Shown: positions 17,191 to 27,194, numbered from the stretch's first letter. The stretch: DNA of 64,000 nt from an uncultured Bacilli bacterium (GCA_947625505.1 CANQON010000002.1:73984-137983); one strand, 5' to 3'. Notes: generated from the letters alone by a model not told the origin. A program made the numbers and translations.

Positions 17191-19665
17191 ATGATGAATA
17201 TAGCATTTGATATTGATGGTGTTTTAACAAATATTGAAAAATATCAATTAGAGGTTGCACGGGCTTTTTATAAAAAAAAGTACAATCGTGATATTGTAAA
17301 TCCCGAGGGATTTAGTGTTAAAGAAATTTATGATGTAACTGATGAAGAATTTATGGATTTTTGGTCTAGTCATTTACTTTCATATTCAATTAAGGAATTA
17401 TCAAGAGTAGGTGCTAGTGAGTGTATTAAAAAGCTTGCTAATGAGGGAAATAATATATTTATTATTACATCACGTGAATTAGCTGATAAAGATAATTTTT
17501 TAGGTAAATTAATGCGTTCAATTGTTAAATATTGGTTGAAACGTGAAGGGATTCCTTATAGTAAAATCGTTTTTTGTAATGGGGATAAGGTTGAGGCTAT
17601 TAAGCAAAATCAAATTCAAGTAATGGTTGAAGATGATCCTAAAAATATTACTAGTTTATGTGAATATGTTAAAGTAATATGTATGGATGCAGGCTACAAT
17701 GAAAAGATAAAACATCCTAATGTAACCCATGTCCGTAATTTTAATGATATTTATGAGGAAGTACAGCGTATTAGAAAAGATATACGAGCTTATTTAGATA
17801 ATCCTATTACTGCTCGTAGTGGTAAGATGTCTATAGATCAAGTACATCGTCGTTTTTATAATGAAAAACAGGCTAATTTATTTTTGACTGATGAATCAAT
17901 ATATGAGTTTGTTTATCGTAATAATAAAGATAATATGAGGTCATTAGCTATAGATTATTATGATCATAAAATGACTTTTAAAAACTTTTTTGACAAGGTT
18001 GATGAATGTGCAAGGGCTTTAGTAGCATATGGTGTTCATCGAAAAGATATTGTATCTATATGTATGCCTAATACACCAGAAGCTGTTATTATGGTTTACG
18101 CGATTAACAAAATTGGGGCAGTTGCTAATATGATTCATCCAATGTCTGGTGAGGAAGAAATTAAACATTATTTACAAGAAACAAATTCAAAATTTGTTTT
18201 AGCAATCGATATGTCTGTTGATAAATTAAAACGAATTATAGGGAATACAGGTGTAAATAAAGTTGTTGTTACAACTCCTGCTATCTCAATGCCAATGTCA
18301 AAACGTGTTGGATATAAATTTTTATCTTTTATTAAAAAATATAATATTACATCATTAAATGATTCTATTGATGAAAAATCCAATGTAAGATTTAGTTTAT
18401 CTCATAAATTTTTATCATTAGTGCCTAATAGTATTAAAAAACAAATGAAGAGTGTTACTCATGTTGAATTAGATAATGATACTTTTGTTAGTTGGAGTAC
18501 TTTTATTAAGTCAGGTAAGAAAATTAAAGGCGATGTTCATGCTAAATTTGATAAAGATGAAATGGCGTTTATTCTTCATACAGGAGGAAGTACTGGTGCA
18601 TCAAAAGGTGTTATGCTATCAAATGAAAATGTTAATGCTAATACTATTCAATTACAGTTTTCCATGCCTCCTTATCAAGCAGATGATAAAGTTTTAGCTA
18701 TTACACCAATATTTCATGGCTTTGGATTAGTTGATTGTATTCATAATGCTTTTGCTGTTAATATGTCTGTTATTTTACTGCCACAATATGAACGTGAAAG
18801 TTATACTAAAGCTCTTTTGAAAAAACCATTTTTAGTAATTGGTGTTCCTACTTTATTAGATTCAACCATACATCTAAAAGAACTTCAAAATATTGATCAA
18901 CCTTATACTTTATTTATTTCTGGAGGATCACCTTTATTTAGAGAAAAAGAAGAAGAGGCTAATGCCTATACTTTGAGTCATAATGGAAAATATTTAACTG
19001 CTAAAGGTGGAGGAATGACAGAAGCTACAGCTGCTTTCTCATTCACTATGGATGGAGCAAATAAACCTGAAAGCGTTGGAGTTCCTTTACCATTAAATAA
19101 AATTAAAATTATTGATCCAACTACTGGTAATGAGTTAGGACCTAACGAACAAGGGGAAATATGTATTTGTGGTCCAACTGTTATGTTAGGATATTATAAT
19201 GATGAAGAAGAAACTAGAAAAGCTTTACAAGTTCATGAAGATGGTAAGACATGGCTACATACAGGTGATGTTGGATATTTGGATGAAGATGGAATATTAT
19301 TTTATACAGGCCGTATTAAACGTATGATTATTTCATCTGGTTATAATATATATCCACAACAAATCGAAAAAGTATTTATGCAACATCCTAATGTTTGTGA
19401 TACTGTTATCATTGGTATTCCTGATGATCATAAGGGACATGTTGCTAAAGCATTTATTGTTCTTAAAAATAAAAATGTTAATATTGAACGTTTAAAGAAA
19501 GAAATATACGATTTATGCTATAAACATTTAGCTAAATATGCAATTCCTATTGAAATAGAAGTTGTTGATAGCTTACCTAAGACTTTATATAATAAAACTG
19601 ATTTTAGAAAAGTTGAAGAGGAAGAATTAGAAAAGATAAAAGGATATCAAAAGGTATTAAAATAA
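17191..19665 (+). CDS. Fusion protein: N-terminal HAD-like (5'-nucleotidase-type) domain plus C-terminal acyl-AMP-forming ligase (acyl-CoA/ACP synthetase family)
   Basis: Track ORF is 17167..19665. I prefer ATG 17191 (AGGGGG RBS). HAD motif I is IAFDIDGVLTN. Adenylation motifs: HTGGSTGASKGV, GGGMTEATAA, GEICICGPTVMLGYYND, HTGDVGYLDEDG, PKTLYNKTDFRK. Confidence 0.8.
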   Translation: MMNIAFDIDGVLTNIEKYQLEVARAFYKKKYNRDIVNPEGFSVKEIYDVTDEEFMDFWSSHLLSYSIKELSRVGASECIKKLANEGNNIFIITSRELADKDNFLGKLMRSIVKYWLKREGIPYSKIVFCNGDKVEAIKQNQIQVMVEDDPKNITSLCEYVKVICMDAGYNEKIKHPNVTHVRNFNDIYEEVQRIRKDIRAYLDNPITARSGKMSIDQVHRRFYNEKQANLFLTDESIYEFVYRNNKDNMRSLAIDYYDHKMTFKNFFDKVDECARALVAYGVHRKDIVSICMPNTPEAVIMVYAINKIGAVANMIHPMSGEEEIKHYLQETNSKFVLAIDMSVDKLKRIIGNTGVNKVVVTTPAISMPMSKRVGYKFLSFIKKYNITSLNDSIDEKSNVRFSLSHKFLSLVPNSIKKQMKSVTHVELDNDTFVSWSTFIKSGKKIKGDVHAKFDKDEMAFILHTGGSTGASKGVMLSNENVNANTIQLQFSMPPYQADDKVLAITPIFHGFGLVDCIHNAFAVNMSVILLPQYERESYTKALLKKPFLVIGVPTLLDSTIHLKELQNIDQPYTLFISGGSPLFREKEEEANAYTLSHNGKYLTAKGGGMTEATAAFSFTMDGANKPESVGVPLPLNKIKIIDPTTGNELGPNEQGEICICGPTVMLGYYNDEEETRKALQVHEDGKTWLHTGDVGYLDEDGILFYTGRIKRMIISSGYNIYPQQIEKVFMQHPNVCDTVIIGIPDDHKGHVAKAFIVLKNKNVNIERLKKEIYDLCYKHLAKYAIPIEIEVVDSLPKTLYNKTDFRKVEEEELEKIKGYQKVLK

Positions 19666-19676
19666 GGAGATAAATT

Positions 19677-20516
19677 ATGCCAAAATATAATGAAAAAAAA
19701 TATCAGTTTGGACGTGCTATTAGTGCGGTTGCTTTTACAAAAGCATTTCATCCTACTATTAAGGGTAGAGAAAATATTCCAAGTGATGGGCCATTGATTT
19801 TCTGTGGTAATCATCTACATGTATGGGATCAATACCCAGTTATGTGTGCTACTAAAGTCACTATTCATTGGATGGCTAAAAAGGAATACTTTGAAAGTAA
19901 ACTGGGACCAATTTTTAAGTTTATGGGATGCATTTGCGTAGATCGTCAAAATAATCCTCATGAATCTAAAGAGATTGCTATTGAATATTTAAGAGAAGGT
20001 CATAATATTGGTTTATTTGCTGAAGGAACGAGAAATGGTTTAAAAGATAATCATATTAATGATTTGTATACTTATTTAAAAAATGTAATTGGGACTGATA
20101 TTGAGTTTGAACAATTTAAAAGTGAAATAGTTAAGGATAATCCACGTTTTTCACAAATCGAACTAATAAAGAAATTATTTGAGGAAGGGTTAATACCACA
20201 AAGTAGTTTATATTATTGTTTAACACATGCTAAATTAGCTTTAAGTGATTTCTTACGTATGGGTTTAATTACAACTGAAGATTATAATAATTCCTTGTTA
20301 TTACCATTAAAATATGGTGCTGTTTCTATGGCTCAAGAAACCGATGCTCGTATAGTTCCATTTGCTGTAACAGGTGACTATAAAACAAATAATAATAATT
20401 TAATGGTAAATTTTGGAGAAGCATTTAAAGTTGAAGAGGATTTATCTGCTTCAAATGAAAAATTAAAACAAAAAATATTAACATTAGTAAATGATAATTA
20501 TCAAAGTAGACCATAG
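19677..20516 (+). CDS. PlsC-family (1-acyl-glycerol-3-phosphate-type) acyltransferase with a large internal insertion
   Basis: H(x)4D motif CGNHLHVWD and motif FAEGTRN. About 85 extra residues separate these from the LKYGAVSMAQE block. Confidence 0.7.
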   Translation: MPKYNEKKYQFGRAISAVAFTKAFHPTIKGRENIPSDGPLIFCGNHLHVWDQYPVMCATKVTIHWMAKKEYFESKLGPIFKFMGCICVDRQNNPHESKEIAIEYLREGHNIGLFAEGTRNGLKDNHINDLYTYLKNVIGTDIEFEQFKSEIVKDNPRFSQIELIKKLFEEGLIPQSSLYYCLTHAKLALSDFLRMGLITTEDYNNSLLLPLKYGAVSMAQETDARIVPFAVTGDYKTNNNNLMVNFGEAFKVEEDLSASNEKLKQKILTLVNDNYQSRP

Positions 20517-20594
20517 TCTACTTTTTTACTATATTTTTTTTAATATTTATGATATAATTTTTCAAGAAGAATGTTATATAATGGGGTGAATAGT

Positions 20595-22844
20595 ATGACA
20601 AGCACTTTTTTTCAAATCTGTAGTTTATTTTATGTTATATTGTTAATCTTTGCTTATTTTTCAAGGCAAAGAGTTAAAAATTTAGAAAATAAGATTTATT
20701 CTTGCTTAATTATAAATGTTTTAGTAGAACTTTTTTTAGATTTAGCAAGCATTGTTACTATATTAAATAAGGATAAATTTCCTGTTTTAAATGATATAGT
20801 TGCAAAGTCATATCTTGCTAGTTTAATTAGTTGGTTATCATTTTTCACTCTTTATATTTTGTTAATATCTAATAAACATAGAAAAGAAGAAATCAAAGAA
20901 AGTGATTTAACTGTTAAATTTAGACATATTGTATATGTATTAGGAGGTTTTTATTTCTTTTATTTAATTGGTTTAATCTTTTTACCATTAAATTATCCAG
21001 ATGTAGGAATTTATTCAGAAGGATTAGCTGCTAGTTTTTCATATGGTGTTGCAGGTATTTTAATTCTTGTTTCTATTATTAGTGTTTTAAAACGAATTAA
21101 ATATATTCCACTTAAAAAATTAGTTCCTGTTTTTATTTTCGTTGTAATTGGTATAATTGCCATTGCTATTCAAATGAGTAATCCAAATATTTTACTTATT
21201 TCTGCTGTTGATGCTTTTATAACTTTTCTAATGTATTTTACTATTGAAAATCCAGATGTTAAGATGATTGAAAGACTTAATTTAGCTAAAGAACAAGCAG
21301 AAAGAGCTAATCAAGCAAAGACAGAGTTCTTATCTAGTATGTCTCATGAGATTAGAACACCTTTGAATGCTATTGTTGGATTTAGTCAAGGGTTATTAGA
21401 AGAAGATTTACCTACTAAATCTCGCGATGAAGTAAATGATATAATTAGTTCTTCACATAACTTATTACAAATTGTTAATGGTATTTTGGATATTTCAAAG
21501 ATAGAAGCTAATAAGTTAGAGATAGTTAATACTGAATATTGTTTTGAAAAGATATTTGATGAATTAGTTTCATTAACAAGAGGTCGTATTGGAGAAAAAC
21601 CTATTGAATTACGTTATCAATGTGATAAGACTATTCCTCCTGTTTTATATGGTGATTATATTCGTATAAAGCAAATAGTTGTTAATTTACTTACTAATGC
21701 AGTTAAGTATACGAAAGAGGGATATGTTAGTTTTACTGTTAATTCAGTATGTAAGGATGATATATGTCGTTTAATTATATCTGTTGAAGATAGTGGTATT
21801 GGTATTAAAGAAGAAAATATTGATAAACTATTTACTAAGTTTGAAAGATTTGATATTGAACGTAATTTTACAATTGAAGGAACAGGTTTAGGACTAGCTA
21901 TTACTAAAAAATTAGTTGAATTAATGAATGGAAAGATAGTTGTACAAAGTAAATATGGCGAAGGATCTAAATTTACAGTTGCTATAGATCAACGTATTAT
22001 TCCTAAGACAATTGAACAATATAATGAAGAGCATGCTGTTAAAGATATTAATTCTTCACCATTTACTGGTGATGGAGCTAATGTATTAGTTGTTGATGAT
22101 AATGAAATTAATATTAAGGTAGCTGAACGTTTATTACGTAATTATAATTTAAATATTACATCTGTTACTAGTGGACAAGATTGTATCGATAAAGTACTGG
22201 AAGGTAATAAATATGATTTAATTTTATTAGATGATATGATGCCTAAAATGACAGGTATTGAGACTTTAAAGAATTTAAAAAAGATTATAGGGTTTAATAT
22301 TCCTACTGTTGCTTTAACAGCTAATGCTATTGCGGGTATGCGTGAAAAGTATTTAGCTAATGGCTTTGATGATTATTTATCTAAGCCTATTGATAAGGAA
22401 GAATTAGATAATATCTTAAGGAAATTCTTACAAAAAGTTGTTCATAATGATGTAGAGGAAGTTAGTGTTAATGATACTTCTATGGATAATGTTAACTTAT
22501 TAATTGAAAATGGTGTTAATGTTGATGCTAGTATTGAATTATTAGGAGATATGGATACATTTAATGAAACACTAAAAGATTTTCTTAAAGAATCAGAGAC
22601 ACGATTAAAAGATATAGAAAAATATAAAATAGATGGTGATATGCCTAATTATGCTATTTTAGTTCATGCAATGAAAAGTGATGCTAAATACTTAGGCTTA
22701 ACTTCTTTAGCCGAATTATCTTATAATCATGAAATGGCAAGTAAAGAAAATAATATTACCTATGTTAATGAAAATTATGATATACTAATGAAGGAAGCAT
22801 CAAGAGTAATAGACTTAATTAAAAAATATTTGGAAAAGGAATGA
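20595..22844 (+). CDS. Hybrid sensor histidine kinase (multi-TM sensor, HisKA, HATPase, REC, Hpt)
   Basis: Track ORF is 20571..22844. I prefer ATG 20595 (GGGGTGA RBS). H-box SHEIRTPLNAI, G-boxes DSGIGI and GTGLGLAI, receiver VLVVDDNEIN...LLDDMMPKMTG...K, Hpt HAMKSDAKYLG. Confidence 0.9.
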   Translation: MTSTFFQICSLFYVILLIFAYFSRQRVKNLENKIYSCLIINVLVELFLDLASIVTILNKDKFPVLNDIVAKSYLASLISWLSFFTLYILLISNKHRKEEIKESDLTVKFRHIVYVLGGFYFFYLIGLIFLPLNYPDVGIYSEGLAASFSYGVAGILILVSIISVLKRIKYIPLKKLVPVFIFVVIGIIAIAIQMSNPNILLISAVDAFITFLMYFTIENPDVKMIERLNLAKEQAERANQAKTEFLSSMSHEIRTPLNAIVGFSQGLLEEDLPTKSRDEVNDIISSSHNLLQIVNGILDISKIEANKLEIVNTEYCFEKIFDELVSLTRGRIGEKPIELRYQCDKTIPPVLYGDYIRIKQIVVNLLTNAVKYTKEGYVSFTVNSVCKDDICRLIISVEDSGIGIKEENIDKLFTKFERFDIERNFTIEGTGLGLAITKKLVELMNGKIVVQSKYGEGSKFTVAIDQRIIPKTIEQYNEEHAVKDINSSPFTGDGANVLVVDDNEINIKVAERLLRNYNLNITSVTSGQDCIDKVLEGNKYDLILLDDMMPKMTGIETLKNLKKIIGFNIPTVALTANAIAGMREKYLANGFDDYLSKPIDKEELDNILRKFLQKVVHNDVEEVSVNDTSMDNVNLLIENGVNVDASIELLGDMDTFNETLKDFLKESETRLKDIEKYKIDGDMPNYAILVHAMKSDAKYLGLTSLAELSYNHEMASKENNITYVNENYDILMKEASRVIDLIKKYLEKE

Positions 22845-23377
22845 ATAATATGAATGATTTATTAAATAAAATTAATGAGACTTTTGATAATAGTATTAGA
22901 ACTAGTAATGAAGAAGTAGGATTACAATTAAAAATTCTTAAAAATAATATTAATATTTTATTTAAAGAAGCCAATTTAGATAATGAACCAAAAGAAGAAG
23001 TAACATCAGTTGCAACAAGTGATAAGAAAAAAGTATTAGTAGTCGATGATTCAAGTATTGTTAGAAATTATATTGAAAAGATATGTTCTCCAAGGTATAA
23101 TACATTACTTGCTAATGGAGGAGAAGCTGCTTTAGATACTATTAAAAAGGATGAAGTAGATTTAATTCTTTTAGATTTAATGATGCCTGGTGTAGATGGC
23201 TTTGCTGTCTTAGATTATTTAAAAGATAATAATAGTAATATACCTGTTATTATTATAAGTGGTGATACTACTAAAGAAACAATTGATCGTGCTTTTACAT
23301 ATTCTGTTATTGATATGATTGAGAAACCTTTCCCAGAAAAAACTATATTAGATAAGATTAGTCGTGTATTAGAATAG
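22841..23377 (+). CDS. Single-domain (REC-only) response regulator with a ~60-aa N-terminal extension
   Basis: Motifs VLVVDDSSIV, LILLDLMMPGVDG and the conserved Lys region. No output domain. ATGA overlap with the kinase gene; ATG 22850 is an alternative start. Confidence 0.8.
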   Translation: MNNMNDLLNKINETFDNSIRTSNEEVGLQLKILKNNINILFKEANLDNEPKEEVTSVATSDKKKVLVVDDSSIVRNYIEKICSPRYNTLLANGGEAALDTIKKDEVDLILLDLMMPGVDGFAVLDYLKDNNSNIPVIIISGDTTKETIDRAFTYSVIDMIEKPFPEKTILDKISRVLE

Positions 23378-23401
23378 GACTCCTATGAGTCCTATTTTTT
23401 G
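23375..23401 (+). terminator. Rho-independent terminator
   Basis: Stem TAGGACTC / GAGTCCTA with loop CTAT, followed by T6. Confidence 0.8.
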
Positions 23402-23454
23402 ATATAGTAAATAAATATCTTTTATGATATAATCATTAGGAAATGGGTGATAAT

Positions 23455-24726
23455 ATGTTTATCGATGAAGTAATTATTAATTTAGAGGCTGGTAATGGCG
23501 GAAATGGTTGTATGGCCTTTAGACGTGAAAAATATATTGAAATGGGTGGCCCTTATGGAGGAAATGGGGGACACGGAGGTAATATTGTTTTTAAAGTAGA
23601 TGAAGGATTAAATACCTTAATAGATTTAAGATATAGTAAAGTATATAAAGCTAAAAATGGGGGACATGGTGAAGGTAAAGGTAAACAAGGAGCTAATGCA
23701 CCTGATTTAATTATTAAGGTACCTTTAGGAACTGTTGTTACGGATTTAGATACTAATTTTGTTTTAGCTGATTTAACTAAAAAAGATGATGAAGTTATCG
23801 TAGCGTATGGAGGACGTGGTGGTAGAGGTAATATGGCTTTTGCTACACAGTCTAATAAAGCTCCTGAATTTGCTGAGAATGGGGAACCTGGTGAAGAAAA
23901 GAGAGTTAAAGTTGAATTAAAACTATTAGCGGATGTTGGACTAGTTGGTTTACCTAGTGTTGGAAAAAGTACAATTATTAGTAAAATATCAGCAGCTAAA
24001 CCTAAAATAGCAGCTTATCATTTCACAACTTTAAAGCCAAATTTAGGAGTTGTTAAAACAAGTGATAATAGATCATTTGTTGTAGCAGATTTACCTGGAT
24101 TAATTAAGGGTGCTTCTTTAGGCGAAGGATTAGGAGATCGTTTCTTAAAACATATTGAAAGAACAAGAGTTATAGCGCATGTTATTGATATGTCAGGTAG
24201 TGAGGGAAGAGATCCTTATGATGATTATGTCACTATTAATAAAGAATTAGAAAATTTTAATAAGAAATTACTTGATAAACCTCAAATTATTATTGCTAAT
24301 AAAATGGATATTGAAGGAGCTAAAGAAAATTTAACTAATTTTAAGAAGAAAGTTAAAGATGAAATATTTGAAGTATCAGCTAAAGATAATCAAGGATTAG
24401 ATAAAGTATTAATTAAATTAGCAGATATGTTAGATAGTATAGAAAAACAACCTTTATATGATGAAGATCATTTTGAAAGTCATATTTTATATCGTTTTAA
24501 ACAAGAACAACCTTTTACAGTTACTAAAGAAGATGATGTTTATGTTATCCGTGGTAATGAAATAGAAAAAATATATAAAATGACATGGTTTGCGACTGAT
24601 GAAGCCTTTAGAAGATTTTCTAATAAATTACGTAAATTAGGAATTGATGATAAGCTTAAAGAAATGGGTATTCAAAATGGTGATACAGTTCGTATTCTTG
24701 ATTATGAGTTTGAATATCGTGAATAA
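23455..24726 (+). CDS. obg: GTPase Obg/CgtA
   Basis: Track ORF is 23443..24726. I prefer ATG 23455 (MFIDEV...). Gly-rich Obg fold GGNGGHGGN and GGRGGRGN. G1 motif GLPSVGKST, DLPGLI, NKMD. C-terminal TGS-like domain. Confidence 0.95.
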   Translation: MFIDEVIINLEAGNGGNGCMAFRREKYIEMGGPYGGNGGHGGNIVFKVDEGLNTLIDLRYSKVYKAKNGGHGEGKGKQGANAPDLIIKVPLGTVVTDLDTNFVLADLTKKDDEVIVAYGGRGGRGNMAFATQSNKAPEFAENGEPGEEKRVKVELKLLADVGLVGLPSVGKSTIISKISAAKPKIAAYHFTTLKPNLGVVKTSDNRSFVVADLPGLIKGASLGEGLGDRFLKHIERTRVIAHVIDMSGSEGRDPYDDYVTINKELENFNKKLLDKPQIIIANKMDIEGAKENLTNFKKKVKDEIFEVSAKDNQGLDKVLIKLADMLDSIEKQPLYDEDHFESHILYRFKQEQPFTVTKEDDVYVIRGNEIEKIYKMTWFATDEAFRRFSNKLRKLGIDDKLKEMGIQNGDTVRILDYEFEYRE

Positions 24727-24837
24727 AGATAGTTATGCTATCTTTTTTTTATTTATTTGACTAATTAATTGTCCAATTTTGATAATTTGTTAATTAAATT
24801 TGCTATATTTGTGTTAAAATATTATTAGGTGACTATT

Positions 24838-25563
24838 ATGGTATATAGTTCTTTAGATAACAAATTAGTTAAAGATATTAAGAAGTTAAATCAAAAAAAA
24901 TATCGTGATGAGAGTGATTTATTTCTTGTTGAAGGTGAACACCTAGTTATGGAAGCCTATAAACATGGTTATTTAAAGAATTTAATATATATGGAAGGAA
25001 CAGATATTCCTTTTGAAAAAGATAATATTTGTGTAACAGAAAAAGTTATGCGCTATATATCAGAGTTAGATAATCCTCAACCTTATATGGGAATATGTTA
25101 TAAGTTAAAAAATAAGAATATTGGTAATCGTATTTTAGTTTTAGATAATATCCAAGATCCTGGAAATCTAGGTACGATTATTAGAAGTTCTGTAGCTTTT
25201 AATTTTGATACTATTATCTTAAGTAAAGAAACTGTTGATTTATATAATAGTAAAGTAATTAGAGCTAGTCAGGGATTAATCTTTAATATTAACTTTCTAT
25301 ATACAGATTTAGTTCCTAAATTAGAGAAATTAAAAAAAGAAGGATATATGATTATTGGCACTAGTGTTAATGGTGGTAAAGATATTAAAGAGTATAAGCA
25401 TTTAAATAAATTAGCCTTAGTTATGGGTAATGAAGGTCAAGGTGTTAGTGATGCTGTATTAGATGTATGCGATACATATGCTTATATTGAAATGAATAAG
25501 TTATGTGAAAGTTTAAATGTTGGAGTAGCAACTAGTATAATGTTGTATGAATTAAATAAATGA
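24838..25563 (+). CDS. TrmH/SpoU-family RNA 2'-O-methyltransferase
   Basis: Motifs QDPGNLGTIIRS, GNEGQGVS and LNVGVATSIMLYE. The track starts at GTG 24829; ATG 24838 lies 5 nt after AGGTGA. Confidence 0.85.
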   Translation: MVYSSLDNKLVKDIKKLNQKKYRDESDLFLVEGEHLVMEAYKHGYLKNLIYMEGTDIPFEKDNICVTEKVMRYISELDNPQPYMGICYKLKNKNIGNRILVLDNIQDPGNLGTIIRSSVAFNFDTIILSKETVDLYNSKVIRASQGLIFNINFLYTDLVPKLEKLKKEGYMIIGTSVNGGKDIKEYKHLNKLALVMGNEGQGVSDAVLDVCDTYAYIEMNKLCESLNVGVATSIMLYELNK

Positions 25564-25581
25564 AGTGTTAGTAGGTGACTT

Positions 25582-26073
25582 ATGAACTATATATATATTG
25601 GTGATATTGTTAATACACATGGTTTAAAAGGAGAAGTTAGAATCGTTAGTGATTTTAAGTTTAAAGATAATGTCTTTAAAAAAGATATGACTTTTTACAT
25701 TGGTAAAGATAAAAGAAAAGAAGTAGTTGCGACACATCGTACTCATAAGAATTTTGATATGGTTACTTTTCTTGATAAAAATCATATTGATGATGTCATT
25801 ATATATAAAAATGAGTCTGTCTATGTTTCCCGTGATGATTTAGAATATGAAGGCTATCTAGATGAGGATTTAATAGGATTAGAAGTTTACTGTGATGATC
25901 GTCATTTAGGACATGTTGATTCTATTTTAAAAACAAATGCTCATGATATTCTAGTTGTTAAAAATGGTAGTAAACATATGATACCTAATGTTGATGAATT
26001 TATTAAAACCGTTGATTTAGAAAATGGACGTTTAGATGTTAATTATATGAAAGGTTTATTAAATGAAGATTGA
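25582..26073 (+). CDS. rimM: 16S rRNA processing protein RimM
   Basis: N-terminus GDIVNTHGLKGEVRI, a PRC barrel at the C-terminus, and position directly upstream of trmD. Confidence 0.85.
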   Translation: MNYIYIGDIVNTHGLKGEVRIVSDFKFKDNVFKKDMTFYIGKDKRKEVVATHRTHKNFDMVTFLDKNHIDDVIIYKNESVYVSRDDLEYEGYLDEDLIGLEVYCDDRHLGHVDSILKTNAHDILVVKNGSKHMIPNVDEFIKTVDLENGRLDVNYMKGLLNED

Positions 26074-26734
26074 TATTCTTAGTTTATTTCCAGATATGTT
26101 TACAGGTTTTTTAAATGAATCCATAATTAAAAGAGCTATTGATGAGCATTATGTTGAAATTAATATAATTAATTTTCGTGATTACTCTAAAGATCCTCAT
26201 CAAAAGGTAGATGATTATGGTTTTGGTGGAGGACCTGGTATGGTCTTAATGCCCCAACCTATATTTGATTGTATAAATGCGATTAAGACACCTGATAGTA
26301 AGGTTATATTAATGACACCACAGGGAAAAGTATATAATCAAAAAATGGCTTATGATTTAAGTCATGAGAAACATTTAATAATTATTTGTGGACATTATGA
26401 AGGCTTTGATGAACGTATTCGTTCTTTAGCTGATATGGAAATTAGTATTGGTGATTTTGTTTTAACAGGGGGAGAAATACCTAGCATGGCTATATGCGAT
26501 AGTATTATTCGTTTAATAGATGGCGTTATTACATCAGAATCTATAGATAGTGAGTCTTTTAATGGTGATTTACTTGATTATCCTGTTTATACGAGACCTA
26601 GTGATTTCCGTGGTATGAAAGTACCAGAGGTATTATTAAGTGGACATCATGCTAATATAATGGCATGGCGTTTAGAAGAACAAAGAAAAAGAACGAAAGA
26701 AAGAAGACCTGATTTATTAGAAAGAGATGATTAA
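26063..26734 (+). CDS. trmD: tRNA (guanine37-N1)-methyltransferase TrmD
   Basis: Motifs MKIDILSLFPDMF, DDYGFGGGPGMVL, ICGHYEGFDERI and DFVLTGGE. Confidence 0.95.
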   Translation: MKIDILSLFPDMFTGFLNESIIKRAIDEHYVEINIINFRDYSKDPHQKVDDYGFGGGPGMVLMPQPIFDCINAIKTPDSKVILMTPQGKVYNQKMAYDLSHEKHLIIICGHYEGFDERIRSLADMEISIGDFVLTGGEIPSMAICDSIIRLIDGVITSESIDSESFNGDLLDYPVYTRPSDFRGMKVPEVLLSGHHANIMAWRLEEQRKRTKERRPDLLERDD

Positions 26735-27194
26735 TATGGCTAATAATCATTATAGTATTACTAAAAATAGTGATACTAAAAATAATATTAAAATTGATTT
26801 TAGCGCACTATCTGGTTTTGATATTACACCGAAAAATAGTATTATTTATGATGGTATTGTAGTTAATAAGTTAGTTATTATTAATCATGGTTTTATTGAG
26901 AAAATATTAAAAAGAAAAATTAAACGTAAATTAGAAGCTTATTTAAAATTTATTATGGATTATTTAGCTGATGATGATAGTGATGGTTCATCTCTTAATG
27001 AAGTATTAAATGATTTAAGTAGATATAGGGAAATTATTAATTATCGTTATCGTAAGCATTTAGGGGATGGCTATATCGATTTATTACTAAAAAAAATAGA
27101 TCTTTTAGAATATGAATTAAAATTTAAATTATATGTTTTAGAAGAAAAACGTATAGCTTTAGATGAAAATAGTATAGGTTCAAAAAGTAGATAA
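26727..27194 (+). CDS. Hypothetical protein (155 aa)
   Basis: ORF overlaps the trmD stop. No recognisable motif. It occupies the slot where rplS is usually found. Confidence 0.45.
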   Translation: MINMANNHYSITKNSDTKNNIKIDFSALSGFDITPKNSIIYDGIVVNKLVIINHGFIEKILKRKIKRKLEAYLKFIMDYLADDDSDGSSLNEVLNDLSRYREIINYRYRKHLGDGYIDLLLKKIDLLEYELKFKLYVLEEKRIALDENSIGSKSR

